DNA of 64,000 nucleotides from Escherichia coli (GTDB lineage Bacteria; Pseudomonadota; Gammaproteobacteria; Enterobacterales; Enterobacteriaceae): NCBI RefSeq assembly GCF_044324875.1, contig NZ_CP172185.1; one strand, 5' to 3'. Shown piece by piece: positions 63,056 to 64,000 of this stretch (position 1 is its first letter; each line of letters starts with the position of its first letter). The notes under the pieces were generated by a model. It saw only the letters and a program-made list of their open reading frames with translations, ran no database searches and was not told where the DNA came from. The position numbers and the translations under genes were made by a program.

Positions 63056-64000
63056 TTAATCAAACAGTGATTCAATATCGTTAATCAGCTCGCTAGCGGT
63101 GATGTTGTCGAGCACGGAGAAAGTGGGGGAGGATTGTTTACCGTAGCGATCATAAGAGGCAGTGATTTTTACGCTTTCGACAGGCAGCAGGTCGCTATAC
63201 CCCGTTTCGCCATAAATTAATGAAAAATGTTCTGTTTCAAGTTCGAGAGCGCCATAAGGGGTAGATTTGCGCATCGCATAGACGCTGCCGCTTTCTTCCA
63301 GACGTTGCCAGCCTCTGCGTTCCAGCCCGACAATGCGACCAGCCTGGCAGAGCCGTCCGTCCCAGTGTGACAATTCATGGACATTACGTTCGTTATCAGC
63401 AAGGTGGTAACTACCACGTTCGAGCTGTTGGAAAGGGGGAAGCAGTTCGTAATCAACGTAAATTTGCCTGAATGCAGCGGCGGATTCAGGGGGGATTTCC
63501 AGCACATGCGGTATACCGATGTTTCCTGCTGGCAGCGTGAATAACTCATCCTGCGCATCGCTGTAAGTGCTGTCTTCTGCGACCCGGAAGCAGGCAATCA
63601 GCGTGTTTTCCTCAGTATATACCCCCCATAACAGCCGTCGGGTTAAGTGACGTACCAGCGGATGCTCCACCAGGAACAGGCGGAACTGTTCTGCCGTCCA
63701 GCGTCTGCGCTGGCACATAGCCTGCTCCAGACGATCAACCTGCTGGCTGGCAATGGCGCGCACATCTTTCTTCAATTGTTTAAAGAGGTTAACGGCGTCA
63801 GTTGCCAGTGTTTTATCATCGCTCTGGTTTTGTTTGGGTAAATCTTTCAGGACCTTTCCGTTTGCATCGCGCACTACAGGTTTTAAGGTTTCGTCAAAAC
63901 CAACGGTGAATTGGCGTGGGCCGAAATCAAGTGTCAGCGAGCCACTGCTATCAAGCCCTAAATCTGGAGCCAGGCGGTCTTCCAGTTCAGCCATAGTCAG
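63056..64000 (-). CDS. C-terminal part of a third yehI/molR-family paralogue (runs off window end)
   Basis: Last 312 codons align with the C-termini of the two neighbours (ELEDRLAPDLGLD..., FSVLDNITASELINDIESLFD). Confidence 0.8.
   Translation of the reverse strand: MTMAELEDRLAPDLGLDSSGSLTLDFGPRQFTVGFDETLKPVVRDANGKVLKDLPKQNQSDDKTLATDAVNLFKQLKKDVRAIASQQVDRLEQAMCQRRRWTAEQFRLFLVEHPLVRHLTRRLLWGVYTEENTLIACFRVAEDSTYSDAQDELFTLPAGNIGIPHVLEIPPESAAAFRQIYVDYELLPPFQQLERGSYHLADNERNVHELSHWDGRLCQAGRIVGLERRGWQRLEESGSVYAMRKSTPYGALELETEHFSLIYGETGYSDLLPVESVKITASYDRYGKQSSPTFSVLDNITASELINDIESLFD

Overview
The window is the right arm of a lambda-like prophage (positions 1 to about 43,740) followed by conserved E. 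coli/Shigella-type chromosome. The prophage runs from a replication/nin-like region (HNH endonuclease, SF2 helicase, Zn-ribbon/Toprim primase, RusA, Q-like antiterminator), through an opposite-strand porin and a tRNA cluster, a lysis cassette (holin, SAR endolysin, Rz/Rz1), a cos site, and a complete lambda-order head and tail module (Nu1, A, W, B, C, D, E, FI, FII, Z, U, V, G/T, H, M, L, K, I, J), to tail-fibre genes, an Eib/YadA-like trimeric autotransporter and a dinI-like gene. It ends at a junction inside the 5' end of the MerR-family regulator gene mlrA (yehV). The prophage looks defective: IS2 interrupts tail gene Z, an IS21-family element interrupts tape-measure gene H, gene K carries an in-frame amber codon, an IS66-family element sits after the tail-fibre assembly gene, and the autotransporter has an in-frame stop. 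No Shiga toxin genes are present. The chromosomal part carries btsS/btsR (yehU/yehT), yehS, yehR, yehQ-yehP-yehM-yehL, a tandemly duplicated locus each encoding an identical 29-aa hydrophobic peptide (zorO/zorP-like type I toxin, missing from the ORF track), yehK, and three tandem paralogous large genes of the yehI/molR (DUF4132/WGR) family. No single confirmed novel system was found; the best candidates are a TonB C-terminal-domain lipoprotein moron, unknown ORFs translationally coupled to J, an opposite-strand ORF in the lysis cassette, and the uncharacterised yehLMPQ plus molR/yehI cluster. All calls come from reading the sequence and recalled homology; no searches were run.
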